A stretch of DNA of 64,000 bases, from NCBI GenBank assembly GCA_963701665.1, contig OY969622.1:864001-928000 (forward strand), written 5' to 3'. This document shows, piece after piece, positions 52,788 through 63,577 of the stretch. Numbering within the stretch: position 1 is the stretch's first letter; each line of letters opens with the position of its first letter. This DNA is from Candidatus Babeliales bacterium (lineage in GTDB: Bacteria; Babelota; Babeliae; Babelales; JANWKD01). The position numbers were made by a program, and so were the translations under genes. The notes beneath the pieces were generated by a model, which saw nothing but the letters and a program-made list of their open reading frames with translations, was not told where the DNA came from and did no database searches.

Positions 52788-53766
52788 AGTAACTCGGCAT
52801 CTGTTGTTGAATTTGTCGTTTGAATAATGCTTTAGAAGCTTGAGCATCATGTTGTTCAACTAATTCAAGTAATTTTGATTCTTTATCTTGTGGTTTTTGA
52901 TTTCCATAAGTACCAGCTTTTTTTGCGTCTGGCAATTCTTTCTGCTCTTGAGCTTGCTGAGGTTTTGAAGATGCATTTTTACCATGCTGATCATCAGCTG
53001 CCGATTCTTGTCTTTCTGATTGCTGCGGCTTAGGTTGTTCAGATTGTTGCTGTTGTTCTTCTTGTTTATTCTGTTGAGGCTGGGGATTGTTTTGATTGTT
53101 ATTGCGTTCATGTTGATCCTGTTGAGGAGCATTTTCTGAAGATTGATCGTTAGGATCACGGTTATCCGAATTTTGTGATTGCTCGTCCGATTTTTGCTCT
53201 TCAGAATCTTTCTGATCATCATTTTTTTCATGTTCATCTGATTGAGAATCATTCTGATCATTTTTTTGAGAATCGTCGTTATTATCTTTTTTTTCATCAT
53301 CGCAAGATTGTTCATCGTTCTTTTGTTGCTCTTCTTGTTGTTTCTGCTCATCCAATTTTTTTTGAATCTGCTCAATCATTTTTTTTGCATATTCATTATC
53401 AGGATTTATCTTGAGCACTTCTTGGAAACTATTGAGCGCATCTTGCCATAATTCCCGATGCACAAAGCTCAAGCCGGCATCGTACCATGCTTGTTCTCGC
53501 AACGCATTCGGCGCTGCAGCATTCTTCGTAACATGATTAAAATATGCTTCTGCTTTTTCAAATTCTTTTTCTTTGAGCGCAATCTTTCCACAATTATAAG
53601 CAGCACTCGCATTATCGGGTCGACGCGTGAGAAGTTCATCATATAATTTTTGTGCACACGCGTTATCGCCATTCTTATAAGCATGGCACGCGTTATATTC
53701 TTCAAAATAAGCGAGGGCGCAAGTAACGCTATTTATGCAAAAAAGTAGTATCAAAAAAAAATTCAT
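52768..53766 (-). CDS. batC: BatC-like TPR protein with Q/D/N-rich low-complexity tail
   Basis: TPRs (AYNCG, WYDAG, LKINPDN), terminal KNW. Confidence 0.75.
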   Translation of the reverse strand: MNFFLILLFCINSVTCALAYFEEYNACHAYKNGDNACAQKLYDELLTRRPDNASAAYNCGKIALKEKEFEKAEAYFNHVTKNAAAPNALREQAWYDAGLSFVHRELWQDALNSFQEVLKINPDNEYAKKMIEQIQKKLDEQKQQEEQQKNDEQSCDDEKKDNNDDSQKNDQNDSQSDEHEKNDDQKDSEEQKSDEQSQNSDNRDPNDQSSENAPQQDQHERNNNQNNPQPQQNKQEEQQQQSEQPKPQQSERQESAADDQHGKNASSKPQQAQEQKELPDAKKAGTYGNQKPQDKESKLLELVEQHDAQASKALFKRQIQQQMPSYYGQKNW

Positions 53767-54773
53767 AATAACCATGCCCCTATCAAAAATGCTAAACCCA
53801 CACCGACAAAATATGGATATTGATCGTGCAAAGAACCAACTTTCTTTTCCTCAAAAGCTGCTTTTTCCATCTTTTCAACTGCCACAATAATCTGTTGAAT
53901 ATCATGCGATGTATTTTGCTGTGCGTGTACATAGACACCGCCAATGCCTTGCGCAAGACTCATTAAAATGCCTTCATTGAGTTGCGAAATTATAACGGTA
54001 TCATTTTCATCTTTTTGATAACCAACATGCTTTCCTTGTTCATCGACAATAGGTAGCGGTGCTCCTTCTGGCGTACCAACACCAACGGTAATAATCGGCA
54101 ATCCTAAGGCATGTGCTTCTTCTTTGACGTGCACTAAATTACTTGAAAAATCTTCACCATCGGTAAACATCACGAGTGCTTTGTTATTGCTTGTTAACTG
54201 ATCTTTAAAAATCTCTAAAACTTTTTGCAATACTCTATCGAGTGCCGTTGTGCCGGAAGAAATTGTTTCAGAATCTATCTGATCTAAAAACAGTAAAAAT
54301 GCTGCGTAATCAGTCGTTAATGGACATTGCACAATAGGTTCGCCAGAAAATAATACTAAGCTAATGCGCTCGGATGCTAAGGTATTAACAAGCTCTTTTA
54401 TTTTTTTCTTTGCAAACTCCAAACGATTAGGTTTCATATCTTGCGCAAGCATACTCCGTGAAACATCGAGGGCAATGATAAGATCTCGCCCCTGCTGTTG
54501 AATATTTTCATCTTTTTTATCCCACTGCGGGCGCAATAAAGCTATGAAAAAAATACTCATAGCTATTGACACCATCAAGGCGTGAAACCAATTTCTTTTT
54601 TCTGAGAAATTTGCCACTAATGATGAACGCCACTTTCGCGAGCTCAGCACCGAGATTGCAGCATTCTTTTTTTGTGCATAATACACGACAAGAAAAATAC
54701 CTACGAGCAATAGTGGGAGATACCAACTATATGATAACGATGCCCATGTAATGCCTAATAATTCTTTTTTCAT
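53763..54773 (-). CDS. batB: VWA domain protein BatB
   Basis: RPQW, DVSRSMLAQD.KPNRL, CPLTTDY, TDGED. Confidence 0.85.
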   Translation of the reverse strand: MKKELLGITWASLSYSWYLPLLLVGIFLVVYYAQKKNAAISVLSSRKWRSSLVANFSEKRNWFHALMVSIAMSIFFIALLRPQWDKKDENIQQQGRDLIIALDVSRSMLAQDMKPNRLEFAKKKIKELVNTLASERISLVLFSGEPIVQCPLTTDYAAFLLFLDQIDSETISSGTTALDRVLQKVLEIFKDQLTSNNKALVMFTDGEDFSSNLVHVKEEAHALGLPIITVGVGTPEGAPLPIVDEQGKHVGYQKDENDTVIISQLNEGILMSLAQGIGGVYVHAQQNTSHDIQQIIVAVEKMEKAAFEEKKVGSLHDQYPYFVGVGLAFLIGAWLL

Positions 54774-55759
54774 ACAACAAACCATAGTAATGAGCTTAGA
54801 AGCTCAACAAGAAGAAGTAATAATGCACCACCAAGAAAAAATTGATAGAGATCATTATATTTGGTGAAAATATGGGTCTGATATTCAGTTTTTTCCAGTG
54901 CATCGATCGTTTCATAAATTTTTTTCATATCTTGAGGCTGCTTTGCTTCAAAATAACGCCCCCCAGTTTGTTCAGCAATAGTGCTTAACAATTCTTTGTT
55001 AACACCAGGTACCACTTGCACACCTCTAAAAGGATCTGTGATATAGCGTACGCCATCGTAGCCGATACCAATGGTATAAATTTTAATACCTAACTTTTTT
55101 GCAATGCTAATAGCATGTTCAATCGGCACATCTTCAGAGCTTGGTGCACCATCGGTCAAAACAATCATGATTTTATTTGTTGACTGAGAGTTTTTAAGTC
55201 TATTAGCACCCATCATCATGCCCAGACTCAACACCGTACCCGAAGGATCAATAACGCCGATATCAATATCCTGTAAAATTTCTTTTAAAATTTTTTTATC
55301 GAGGGTTAAAGGGCACCGTGATACAGCACCGTGCGCAAAAATCACTAACCCAATCGGATCGTCAATACGTTTTTCAATAAATTTAATAGCTTCTTGTTTT
55401 GCAACAACTAATCGCGAACGCTGATCGTTTTCATCATCACAAATTTGCATACTGCCTGATACATCTAATACCACCATCATATCAATGCCCTCGACATTGA
55501 TTTTTGAACGTACGTCTACGGTGCGTGGTTGCGCTAAAACGAGTGCAAGCAATAACAAAACGAGTGTTTGCAACACCGGACTAACATAAAGAACCCAACG
55601 CGCGGCATGACCCTTATAGGTGTCTTTGAAATAGGTTGTTAAAGGGAATGTATAAACGACCTGCTTTTTATAAGCAATTTTATACCACAAAAATAATGCA
55701 ATGCACGGGAGTGCGCTATAAAAAATCCATGGATGAGCGAGTTGTATACCAAAAAACAT
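54770..55759 (-). CDS. batA: VWA domain protein BatA
   Basis: EGIDMMVVLDVSGSM, CPLTLD, LTDG, IYTIGIG, TGGRYF. Confidence 0.85.
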   Translation of the reverse strand: MFFGIQLAHPWIFYSALPCIALFLWYKIAYKKQVVYTFPLTTYFKDTYKGHAARWVLYVSPVLQTLVLLLLALVLAQPRTVDVRSKINVEGIDMMVVLDVSGSMQICDDENDQRSRLVVAKQEAIKFIEKRIDDPIGLVIFAHGAVSRCPLTLDKKILKEILQDIDIGVIDPSGTVLSLGMMMGANRLKNSQSTNKIMIVLTDGAPSSEDVPIEHAISIAKKLGIKIYTIGIGYDGVRYITDPFRGVQVVPGVNKELLSTIAEQTGGRYFEAKQPQDMKKIYETIDALEKTEYQTHIFTKYNDLYQFFLGGALLLLLVELLSSLLWFVV

Positions 55760-55775
55760 AACCGATCCCTATGAT

Positions 55776-56489
55776 TTAATCAGAATGTGCAATAAACCAT
55801 GCACGAACACGATCAGCAAATGCTTGATCGGATTCTTGTCCTTCCATGAAGAAAGGTTTTCCTACAAGTATGGAGAGTGGCGCATAATTAACAAAAAAAC
55901 TTCCAGGCGGATATACCTTATAAGCATTTTTAATCAAAATAGGTACGACAGGACAGTTAGTTTTTTTTGCTAATAATGAAAATCCATTTGAAAATGCATG
56001 AATTTTGCCATCTATATATCTTCCGGCTTCCGGAAAGATAATAAGATTACGTTTTTTTATACCATCAAAAATTGATAATGCTTTGCGTAAACTCATCAAT
56101 GCCTTTTGTGGCGATGAAGGATCAACAGAGATTCCCATTCGCTTGCCAAGAAAACCTAAAACGGGTGTAGAAAGAAGTTCATGTTTTAAAAAGTATATAT
56201 GAGGATAGCATCTCATCAGATGGCCAACGAGGGGAATATCGAGTGCCGATTGATGATTTGCAACAATGATTGAAGGCTTATGGGGAATATTTTCTGCCCC
56301 AACTATTTTTATTGGTAACAATAAAGCTCGTATGGTGACGGCATAAAAAATGCACAGAAACCAATAATAGAATGGATTATCATAACGAATTCTTTTAGGT
56401 AATAAAGCAAAAAGCATACAAGGAATAATCGTTAAAATTGCGATTATCAAAACCACCGTATAAAAAAATAATGTTCGTACTATCCTCAT
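55776..56489 (-). CDS. plsC: 1-acyl-sn-glycerol-3-phosphate acyltransferase
   Basis: NHQSALD, IFPEAGR, VVPI. Confidence 0.88.
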   Translation of the reverse strand: MRIVRTLFFYTVVLIIAILTIIPCMLFALLPKRIRYDNPFYYWFLCIFYAVTIRALLLPIKIVGAENIPHKPSIIVANHQSALDIPLVGHLMRCYPHIYFLKHELLSTPVLGFLGKRMGISVDPSSPQKALMSLRKALSIFDGIKKRNLIIFPEAGRYIDGKIHAFSNGFSLLAKKTNCPVVPILIKNAYKVYPPGSFFVNYAPLSILVGKPFFMEGQESDQAFADRVRAWFIAHSD

Positions 56490-56518
56490 GCTTCGCGCCT
56501 CATTCATCTTAATATCGT

Positions 56519-57346
56519 TTAATAATATCGTTTGAATTGTTCGTGAATCTGTTTTATATAAAAATTCGATGCAAAACAAAAAAAGACTGGCAAAATCAAT
56601 TTTGCTAAATCATTTGATAACAGATATATAGTATTTCTGCCCATCATTTCTAGAAGAAAAGGCATACCCAATAAAATATTAAGCCATATATAACGGGTGA
56701 AAAACCAACTGTACCAAGTCAATATAGTCAAAATAATAAAAAATGGATAATTGTAAACTATCATTTTTGATGCACGTAATACTGTTTTCACTTGTGTTCT
56801 AAATTCACTTGTAGAATCAAGGGAGAAAAAAATCAATACCATCCAAAGTGGTGAAATATAAATATAATTAGCAGAAAAAAACAGAAGCGTTATTAGTCCC
56901 CCAAAAATTCCAAGAAATAAGAGAGAAGAAATCAAAAATGTATTCGATTTTGCCACCATAACAATTGCAATCCAAATCAATCGAGAACTATAACTAATCG
57001 CCATAAAATATAAAAAATGCCAGAAATAACCTGCATAATAGCGATAATCTTTTTTAGCCAGTGAAGGCCGAATAGTTAAAAGGGTAACAAAACCAAGCAA
57101 ACACCATAAGAAATCTCCAAAAAAACCTAACCCACCTTGGATATACGGAGGAAAACTATACTTTTTATAAAGAATATCAACACCAAAACAGAGCAAAACA
57201 AGCCACCAGAATTTTTTAATAAGGATAACATAGGTATGGATAATCGTCTTTAGGGTAACTAATAGGAAAAGCTTCCCCTGGGTAGGGCTCAATATCTTTA
57301 GGGAATTAAGCCAGGAGGATAGGATCTGGGATATAGTGCTAACCAT
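56519..57346 (-). CDS. Polytopic membrane protein, tandem paralog
   Basis: Shares N-terminus TISQILSSWLNSLK and C-terminus FYIKxIHEQFKRYY with 57364 ORF. Confidence 0.65.
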   Translation of the reverse strand: MVSTISQILSSWLNSLKILSPTQGKLFLLVTLKTIIHTYVILIKKFWWLVLLCFGVDILYKKYSFPPYIQGGLGFFGDFLWCLLGFVTLLTIRPSLAKKDYRYYAGYFWHFLYFMAISYSSRLIWIAIVMVAKSNTFLISSLLFLGIFGGLITLLFFSANYIYISPLWMVLIFFSLDSTSEFRTQVKTVLRASKMIVYNYPFFIILTILTWYSWFFTRYIWLNILLGMPFLLEMMGRNTIYLLSNDLAKLILPVFFCFASNFYIKQIHEQFKRYY

Positions 57347-57363
57347 CTTTATTCCTTACTCCC

Positions 57364-58170
57364 TTAATAATATCTTTTGAACTGCTCATGAATTTCTTTA
57401 ATGTAGAAATTATTTGCTATGCATATAAAAATAGGCATTAAAAGCTGTGCGCTTTCGTAAGAAAGTAAACCTAAAATACCGATTTCATATTTATTAATAC
57501 TATGTTCAAGAACAAAATGTATAAGTTTCTGTACACCAAAAAAAATACTGAATGATAGTATAGCTAAAATCAAAAAAAATGGGTAATTAAACACTATCAT
57601 TTTCAATGAACGATATACGGAACTCATTTGTGCATATAATGAAGGATGGGTATCTAAAGCAAAGAAAATGGTAATAATTAAGAATCCAGAAAAAAGAATT
57701 GATGGTATTAACGGTATTAAAAAGAAGAGTGATGGCACAATAAATTCGTGTGCAATTTTTTCATTTCTTAAAAAAAATATACTAATTTGAGCACATGTCA
57801 TGAAAAGTAAAAAATACCAAAAAAAAAGCCGGCTAGCCAAAAAATTTAAAAAATAGGTGTAATCTTTTTTGGCGATTGAAGGACGAATTGTTAAAATTTC
57901 TACAAAAAATAAGCTACTACTGAGATACCAGCCTGAAGTCATTACGCCAAATTTCACATAATAGGGTATTTTACCAGCCCACAAAACCAAGTAGGTATCG
58001 GTAAGAATACATAGCCCAATAAGCCACCAAAATTTTTTAAAAAGAGTGGTATAGGCATGAATAATTGTTTTCAGGGTAACCAATAGGAAAAGCTTCCCAT
58101 GAGTAGGGCTCAATACCTTTAAGGAATTAAGCCAGGAGGATAGGATCTGGGATATAGTAGTAGTATTCAT
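57364..58170 (-). CDS. Polytopic membrane protein, tandem paralog
   Basis: See 56519. Confidence 0.65.
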   Translation of the reverse strand: MNTTTISQILSSWLNSLKVLSPTHGKLFLLVTLKTIIHAYTTLFKKFWWLIGLCILTDTYLVLWAGKIPYYVKFGVMTSGWYLSSSLFFVEILTIRPSIAKKDYTYFLNFLASRLFFWYFLLFMTCAQISIFFLRNEKIAHEFIVPSLFFLIPLIPSILFSGFLIITIFFALDTHPSLYAQMSSVYRSLKMIVFNYPFFLILAILSFSIFFGVQKLIHFVLEHSINKYEIGILGLLSYESAQLLMPIFICIANNFYIKEIHEQFKRYY

Positions 58171-58280
58171 AAATAACCTTTATTTCTAACCTGTAAAAAT
58201 ATATTTTTACCCTGATTTCTCTTTCAGTCAATAAAAACAGGGTTCCAGGCACGCTTTCCCCCGGGGTTGTGACAAAATAT

Positions 58281-58313
58281 TTGACATTTTGAAAATATTT
58301 ATTTTACTATAAT
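58281..58313 (+). promoter_or_regulatory. Probable topA sigma70 promoter
   Basis: TTGACA-18nt-TACTAT(AAT). Confidence 0.45.
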
Positions 58314-58424
58314 AGGTAGCAACTGGAAAAAAACCTAGTACACCTACTTTACCAAATTACTGAATAGGTTCAAACTATATCGCAAATTTAAGCCTGTTAT
58401 TAATAAAGAATTAAGTAAGATAGT

Positions 58425-60674
58425 ATGAAAAAGTTATTGATTGTCGAATCTCCCGCCAAAATTAAAACAATCTCAAAGTTCCTGGGTAAGGACTTTAAGA
58501 TTATGTCTACCATTGGCCATATCATGGATTTGCCTTCCAAGGAGATAGGTGTTTCTTTAGGAAATCCGATTGAAATAAAATACGTAGTATTAGATAAAAA
58601 ACAGAAGGTTATCAACGACATCGTCAAAGAAGCCAAAACTGCCGATGAGATATTCTTGGCTCCCGACCCTGATCGCGAGGGTGAAATTATTGCTTGGCAT
58701 ATCGGTAATCAAATAGAAAAGGCTACCAAGCACCCAGAAAGAATTCATCGCATCACCTTCAATGAAATTACCAAAAGTGCCATTACAGAAGCTTTAGAGC
58801 ACCCTTCAACCGTTGATATGAAAAAGGTCGCCGCCCAACAAGCGCGCCGTGTTCTTGATCGTTGGGTAGGCTACGAGGTTTCCCCTATTTTGTGGAGAAA
58901 AATTGCCAAAGGGTTGTCAGCAGGGCGTGTTCAATCAGTTGCATTAAAACTGATCTGTGATCGAGAAGAGGCTATCCGCCAATTCAAGCCAGAAGAATAT
59001 TGGTCAATTAATGCGCTTTTTATCGATGATGAAGTAAAATTATTGGCGCCTTTGACCCATATCAATAAAAAGAAGGCAGAAATCCCTTCACAAGAAGCGG
59101 CAAAAAAAATCACTGAAGCGCTTAAAAAAGAAAAATACCATGTTGAATCAATTGAAGATAAACAGCGCACTAAAAATCCTCTTGCACCATTTATGACAAG
59201 TAGCTTGCAACAGGCTGCATTTAATCGGCTTGGTTTTGCAGTAAAAAAAACGATGCAAGTTGCACAAAACTTATACGAGGGTATTCCCCTTGAAGACGAG
59301 CAAACACCCGTCGCGTTAATTACCTACATGCGTACGGATTCTTTACGTTTATCTGAAACTGCGCTTAAACAAGCCCGCTCGTTTATTACCTCAGAATACG
59401 GTAATGATTATTTACCTTCAAAAGCAAATGTTTATGCAAAAAGCGGCAAAGCGCAAGATGCACACGAAGCTATTCGTCCCATTGATGTTTCAATTACGCC
59501 TTCACAGGTACGAAAATATTTACCTCCCGATGCAGCAAAATTATATGAGTTAATTTGGCAACGCTTTGTTTCTTGCCAAATGAAACCGGCTCTTTATGCA
59601 CAACGTCAAGTCACCATCCAAGGTGGTATTTATACTTTCAAAGTTACCGGCTCAACGTTGCTTTTTGATGGCTTTTTAAAAGTATATGGCGTTGATGAAG
59701 ATGAAGAGAAAGAAGATAAAGTTATTATACCGCCATCACTCAAGGCAAAAGAATTATTAAAGATCTCAAAAATTTCGCCTAAGCAACACTTTACACAACC
59801 GCCCCCACGCTTTACAGAAGCCTCGCTGGTCAAAGAGCTTGAAAAAGAAGGAATTGGGCGTCCAAGTACCTATGCAACGATTCTTTCTACTATTCGTGCA
59901 CGTGACTATACCGCATTAGATTCTAAAAAAAGATTCTTACCTACAGAGCTTGGTATGACGGTAACTAAAATGTTAACGGACAACTTACCAAAAATTATGA
60001 ATCAGAAGTTTACGGCAGAAATGGAAGAAGATCTTGATAAGATTGCTCAAGGAAAATTAAAACGAGATAGTTTATTAAAAGAGTTTTATAAAAATTTTGA
60101 AAAAGATCTCAATGCATTCCGTGGCGAAGCAAAACGGCCAATTGAACCAATTGGCAAAAAATGTCCAAAATGTAAAAAACATGAATTAGCAATTCGTATT
60201 GGTAAAACAGGACATTTTGTAGGTTGCCTTGGTTATCCCGAATGTACCTTCACAAGCAATTTCAAACGAAAAGAAGACGGCTCAATTGAATTGATTGCAA
60301 CGGAACAACCAAAGTTATTAGATGAAAAATGTCCTCAATGTGGCAGTCAATTACGACAAGTTATCGGTAAATATGGCCCCTTTGTTGCATGTTCAAATTA
60401 CCCTAAATGTAAATACATTCAACAAATTAAGGCATCGTTCCCGTGCCCTCTTGATGGTGGCAATGTTATACGACGTCAATGGCGCGGCAGTGTTTTCTGG
60501 GGATGCAGTAATTACCCGAAATGTAAATTTACCATTTCAGGTGATATTGAAGAGACACCGTGTCCAAAATGCAACGCACCATATTTAATTAAAAAAGTTG
60601 ATAAAGAAGGCAATGTAACACTTACATGTTCTAATAAAGAATGTGATTATAAGAAAGAAATTACAAAGCCTTAA
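58425..60674 (+). CDS. topA: DNA topoisomerase I with C-terminal zinc ribbons
   Basis: IVESPAK, DPDREGE, SAGRVQS, ITYMRTDS, GIGRPST, repeated C4 motifs. Confidence 0.97.
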   Translation: MKKLLIVESPAKIKTISKFLGKDFKIMSTIGHIMDLPSKEIGVSLGNPIEIKYVVLDKKQKVINDIVKEAKTADEIFLAPDPDREGEIIAWHIGNQIEKATKHPERIHRITFNEITKSAITEALEHPSTVDMKKVAAQQARRVLDRWVGYEVSPILWRKIAKGLSAGRVQSVALKLICDREEAIRQFKPEEYWSINALFIDDEVKLLAPLTHINKKKAEIPSQEAAKKITEALKKEKYHVESIEDKQRTKNPLAPFMTSSLQQAAFNRLGFAVKKTMQVAQNLYEGIPLEDEQTPVALITYMRTDSLRLSETALKQARSFITSEYGNDYLPSKANVYAKSGKAQDAHEAIRPIDVSITPSQVRKYLPPDAAKLYELIWQRFVSCQMKPALYAQRQVTIQGGIYTFKVTGSTLLFDGFLKVYGVDEDEEKEDKVIIPPSLKAKELLKISKISPKQHFTQPPPRFTEASLVKELEKEGIGRPSTYATILSTIRARDYTALDSKKRFLPTELGMTVTKMLTDNLPKIMNQKFTAEMEEDLDKIAQGKLKRDSLLKEFYKNFEKDLNAFRGEAKRPIEPIGKKCPKCKKHELAIRIGKTGHFVGCLGYPECTFTSNFKRKEDGSIELIATEQPKLLDEKCPQCGSQLRQVIGKYGPFVACSNYPKCKYIQQIKASFPCPLDGGNVIRRQWRGSVFWGCSNYPKCKFTISGDIEETPCPKCNAPYLIKKVDKEGNVTLTCSNKECDYKKEITKP

Positions 60675-62422
60675 TTAAGCAAAAAAGGTATCGCTGACTT
60701 CTTCTCGGGTTCATTTTTTTTTGAAGCGCCATCGATCAACTTTTTTCTTTTTGTTGCTTCAATTGTCGTATTACCATTTGATGGCTCGGGTAACTTTCTC
60801 TTTAAAGGATCGAGGATTGGATTCTGTTTATCCTGTTCATCACCGCTCTTGTTAATTCTTACCCGACCATTTGATGTTTTTTCTTTCTCTGAATCTTCTC
60901 TGGTTAAATCTCTAGGCAACTCATCTGTGATCAAATCTATGACTTTGTTCTCAATATTCTCTCTACATTCTAATTGAAAAGCTTTTGCAAGCTCTGGGAA
61001 TCGAATAAAAAGAATTTGCATGCATTTCTCTCTTTCACTTTCATCATCCAATAAAGAGAAATGCTTACCAAAATAGTGCTTTAACCGCCCAAATTCAGCA
61101 GTACTTAACCATTGGTCTATTGGAATTTGTTTTATCTTGTCATACAAAGACTTTATTTCGAATGCCGAGCTGATAAACTCAGAAAAGTTACTACAACTAC
61201 TGAAAGTTCTCGCATACACTATATGACTGTTCATTATTTTAATCCATTCAAGAGTCCGTTGATGTTGTTCAATGCTATGCCGCGTCCTTAGCTTTGTATG
61301 CTTTAAACAATCCAGCAGTTTTTCTTCCATACTAGTAACTTTTTTTGTATCCTTTAAATCCTCTCCTATTTCCTGTCTCAGGTGTTTGAGTTTTTTTTGA
61401 ATAATAGTATCCCATATTTCTGCAGCAGCTTTATTTAGTTTGCCAGGATCTTCTTGGTCGTCTTTATATACGAGATTACATGTTGACGTCCACATATCTA
61501 AAACTTTATTCATTTCTTCTTCTCTGCCGCATCTGGAATAAAGAAATGCAAATGTATAATAATCATTGGCCAATTTTAATAATAATTCTTTTTTTTCTTC
61601 TCCAGAACGAATCATCTCTAATAATGTTTTTGCCGAATTATTATAGGATGTCCAAAGAAAATGAGTCGAAAGGGCAGATGGTATATTTCCTGTTGAAGCT
61701 ACAGTACCCTTTAATTTTATAAAGCTTTCATGCAATTGCATATTACAAGTAATAAAATGGATTGGATCTTCTATGTTCTTATATTTTTTCGAAGATTTAA
61801 TACTTCTACTCACATTTTTAAACCAGCCTATTTGAGCGGCAATTTTTTGCTTATCAACTGGCATCCATTTATTCTGTATAACATAATCTGCTTTTTCTTC
61901 TGCCTCTTTCAATTCATTCTTTTCTAACAAGGCGATTACATCGCGCCGAATTTCTCCTAAATTGTTATCTACAACTTTTTGCCAAAGATCTTCCGCGAGC
62001 GTTCGATAATTCATTGTTGTTGGAAATGCATAAAGATAGCATGAGACAAAATCCTCAAATATCTTTTTGGGTTCATCTACAAGTCCCTTTACCACCAATA
62101 AGCGAGACAATTGATAAAAATCACGGCTTAATTCTGATAAGTAACGTTCTTTTTTATAGTTAGAAGACGCTTCTAATAACTCTCTTATATCAACCAGATT
62201 GTTTATCCAAAAATATTCTTTTGAAATATCAAAATAATTTAAGATTTCTGGAGATTTTTCTATATCTAAGCTAGAAATATAGCCTATCAAACCATTTCTT
62301 CTTATTTGAATGTCCTGAAGCATCTCCTGGACAGAACGCGGAAAATTGGATACCAATTTCTGTTCCATAGCGTACAGGTTAAAAAAAATTAATAACAGGC
62401 AAACAGTATATATGTTTCTCAT
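60671..62422 (-). CDS. Secreted helical hypothetical protein with C-terminal NLS-like motif
   Basis: Signal peptide followed by AMEQK; internal helical repeat; LKRKLP...TKRKKL. Confidence 0.6.
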   Translation of the reverse strand: MRNIYTVCLLLIFFNLYAMEQKLVSNFPRSVQEMLQDIQIRRNGLIGYISSLDIEKSPEILNYFDISKEYFWINNLVDIRELLEASSNYKKERYLSELSRDFYQLSRLLVVKGLVDEPKKIFEDFVSCYLYAFPTTMNYRTLAEDLWQKVVDNNLGEIRRDVIALLEKNELKEAEEKADYVIQNKWMPVDKQKIAAQIGWFKNVSRSIKSSKKYKNIEDPIHFITCNMQLHESFIKLKGTVASTGNIPSALSTHFLWTSYNNSAKTLLEMIRSGEEKKELLLKLANDYYTFAFLYSRCGREEEMNKVLDMWTSTCNLVYKDDQEDPGKLNKAAAEIWDTIIQKKLKHLRQEIGEDLKDTKKVTSMEEKLLDCLKHTKLRTRHSIEQHQRTLEWIKIMNSHIVYARTFSSCSNFSEFISSAFEIKSLYDKIKQIPIDQWLSTAEFGRLKHYFGKHFSLLDDESEREKCMQILFIRFPELAKAFQLECRENIENKVIDLITDELPRDLTREDSEKEKTSNGRVRINKSGDEQDKQNPILDPLKRKLPEPSNGNTTIEATKRKKLIDGASKKNEPEKKSAIPFLLN

Positions 62423-62568
62423 AACTAACATTATTTCACGTATTAAAAATATTATTCAAAATTAATATGATAATCATTTATTATTATTTGATAATTCTTT
62501 AAAAAACTTGGCTTTGGTATCATTATGCACAATTTGAAAAAAAATTAAAAAACTTTAGACTTTTTACT

Positions 62569-63195
62569 ATGATTACTCATATTCCTAAGAGCTATATTGC
62601 ACAATTTTTACCTTCAAATCCTATTATCTTAGAAGCCGGAGCTCATATTGGCCGTGATACAATAAAAATGGCCAAAGAATGGCCCCATGCAACGATTCAT
62701 GCTTTTGAGCCTGTACCCCATCTTTTTGAAGAACTTAAAAAAAATACGACAACAGTATCTAATGTTCACTGCTATAATGTTGCCTTAAGTAATCAATCAG
62801 GATCTGCTACTTTTTATCAAAGTGGTGGGCGATCAACGGCAACAAGCTCGCTATTAGCTCCGAAAGAATATCTCAAAGAGCATCCTACAACGACTTTTGA
62901 AAAAATCATTGTCCCAACAATCACCCTTGATGACTGGGCAAAATGTAACAGAATTATCCAGGTCGATTTTATGTGGCTCGATATGCAGGGAGCAGAATTA
63001 TTGGCATTGCAAGCGGGCATTGATCTTTTAAAAACCGTAAAAGCAATTTATTGTGAAGTTAGCTTTCAGGAAAGATATGAAAATAATCCATTAGCACATA
63101 CCATCAAAGCATGGTTAGCACAGCAAGGATTCATGTCAATTAAAGAAGATATACAAAATAAACCTTGGGGCAATGTTCTTTTTATTAAATCGTAA
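62569..63195 (+). CDS. FkbM family methyltransferase
   Basis: LEAGAHIG, HAFEP, TITLDD, WLDMQGAE. Confidence 0.9.
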   Translation: MITHIPKSYIAQFLPSNPIILEAGAHIGRDTIKMAKEWPHATIHAFEPVPHLFEELKKNTTTVSNVHCYNVALSNQSGSATFYQSGGRSTATSSLLAPKEYLKEHPTTTFEKIIVPTITLDDWAKCNRIIQVDFMWLDMQGAELLALQAGIDLLKTVKAIYCEVSFQERYENNPLAHTIKAWLAQQGFMSIKEDIQNKPWGNVLFIKS

Positions 63196-63269
63196 AGTAT
63201 TACTATTGCACAGGATTTTTTTTTAGCGTACTATTTAGACAACACTACTTTCGCATCATAAGGATTTTC

Positions 63270-63557
63270 ATGTATTCAAAACTTATTTTTGCCGCTCTTA
63301 GCTGTTTGTTAATTGTTCAATCTAGTCATGCGATGCGCAAACGCCCAAAAGCAACTGATGATTCACAAGAAATTACAAACCCCATGCATAAACCAGTATT
63401 ACCTTCTCAGGAACTCATTGATTGCAAAACAGAAATGAAAAAAATCGATAAAGAGTGGTTTAAGCATATGACAAATATAGGGTGTCTAGATTGCTGTTGC
63501 TCTACACTATTCGGCACATTAATATATTTTAGCAATATTGATGGAGTTCCACAGTAA
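63270..63557 (+). CDS. Small secreted protein with Cys-rich C-terminal hydrophobic segment
   Basis: AAGGA RBS; signal peptide followed by AMRKRPK; CLDCCC. Confidence 0.55.
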   Translation: MYSKLIFAALSCLLIVQSSHAMRKRPKATDDSQEITNPMHKPVLPSQELIDCKTEMKKIDKEWFKHMTNIGCLDCCCSTLFGTLIYFSNIDGVPQ

Positions 63558-63577
63558 ATTAAAACATAGGGACAATA

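Noticed and set aside
52860..53451. N/K/I-rich and hydrophobic alternative ORFs
   Set aside because: Off-frame and antisense readings of the low-complexity BatC tail
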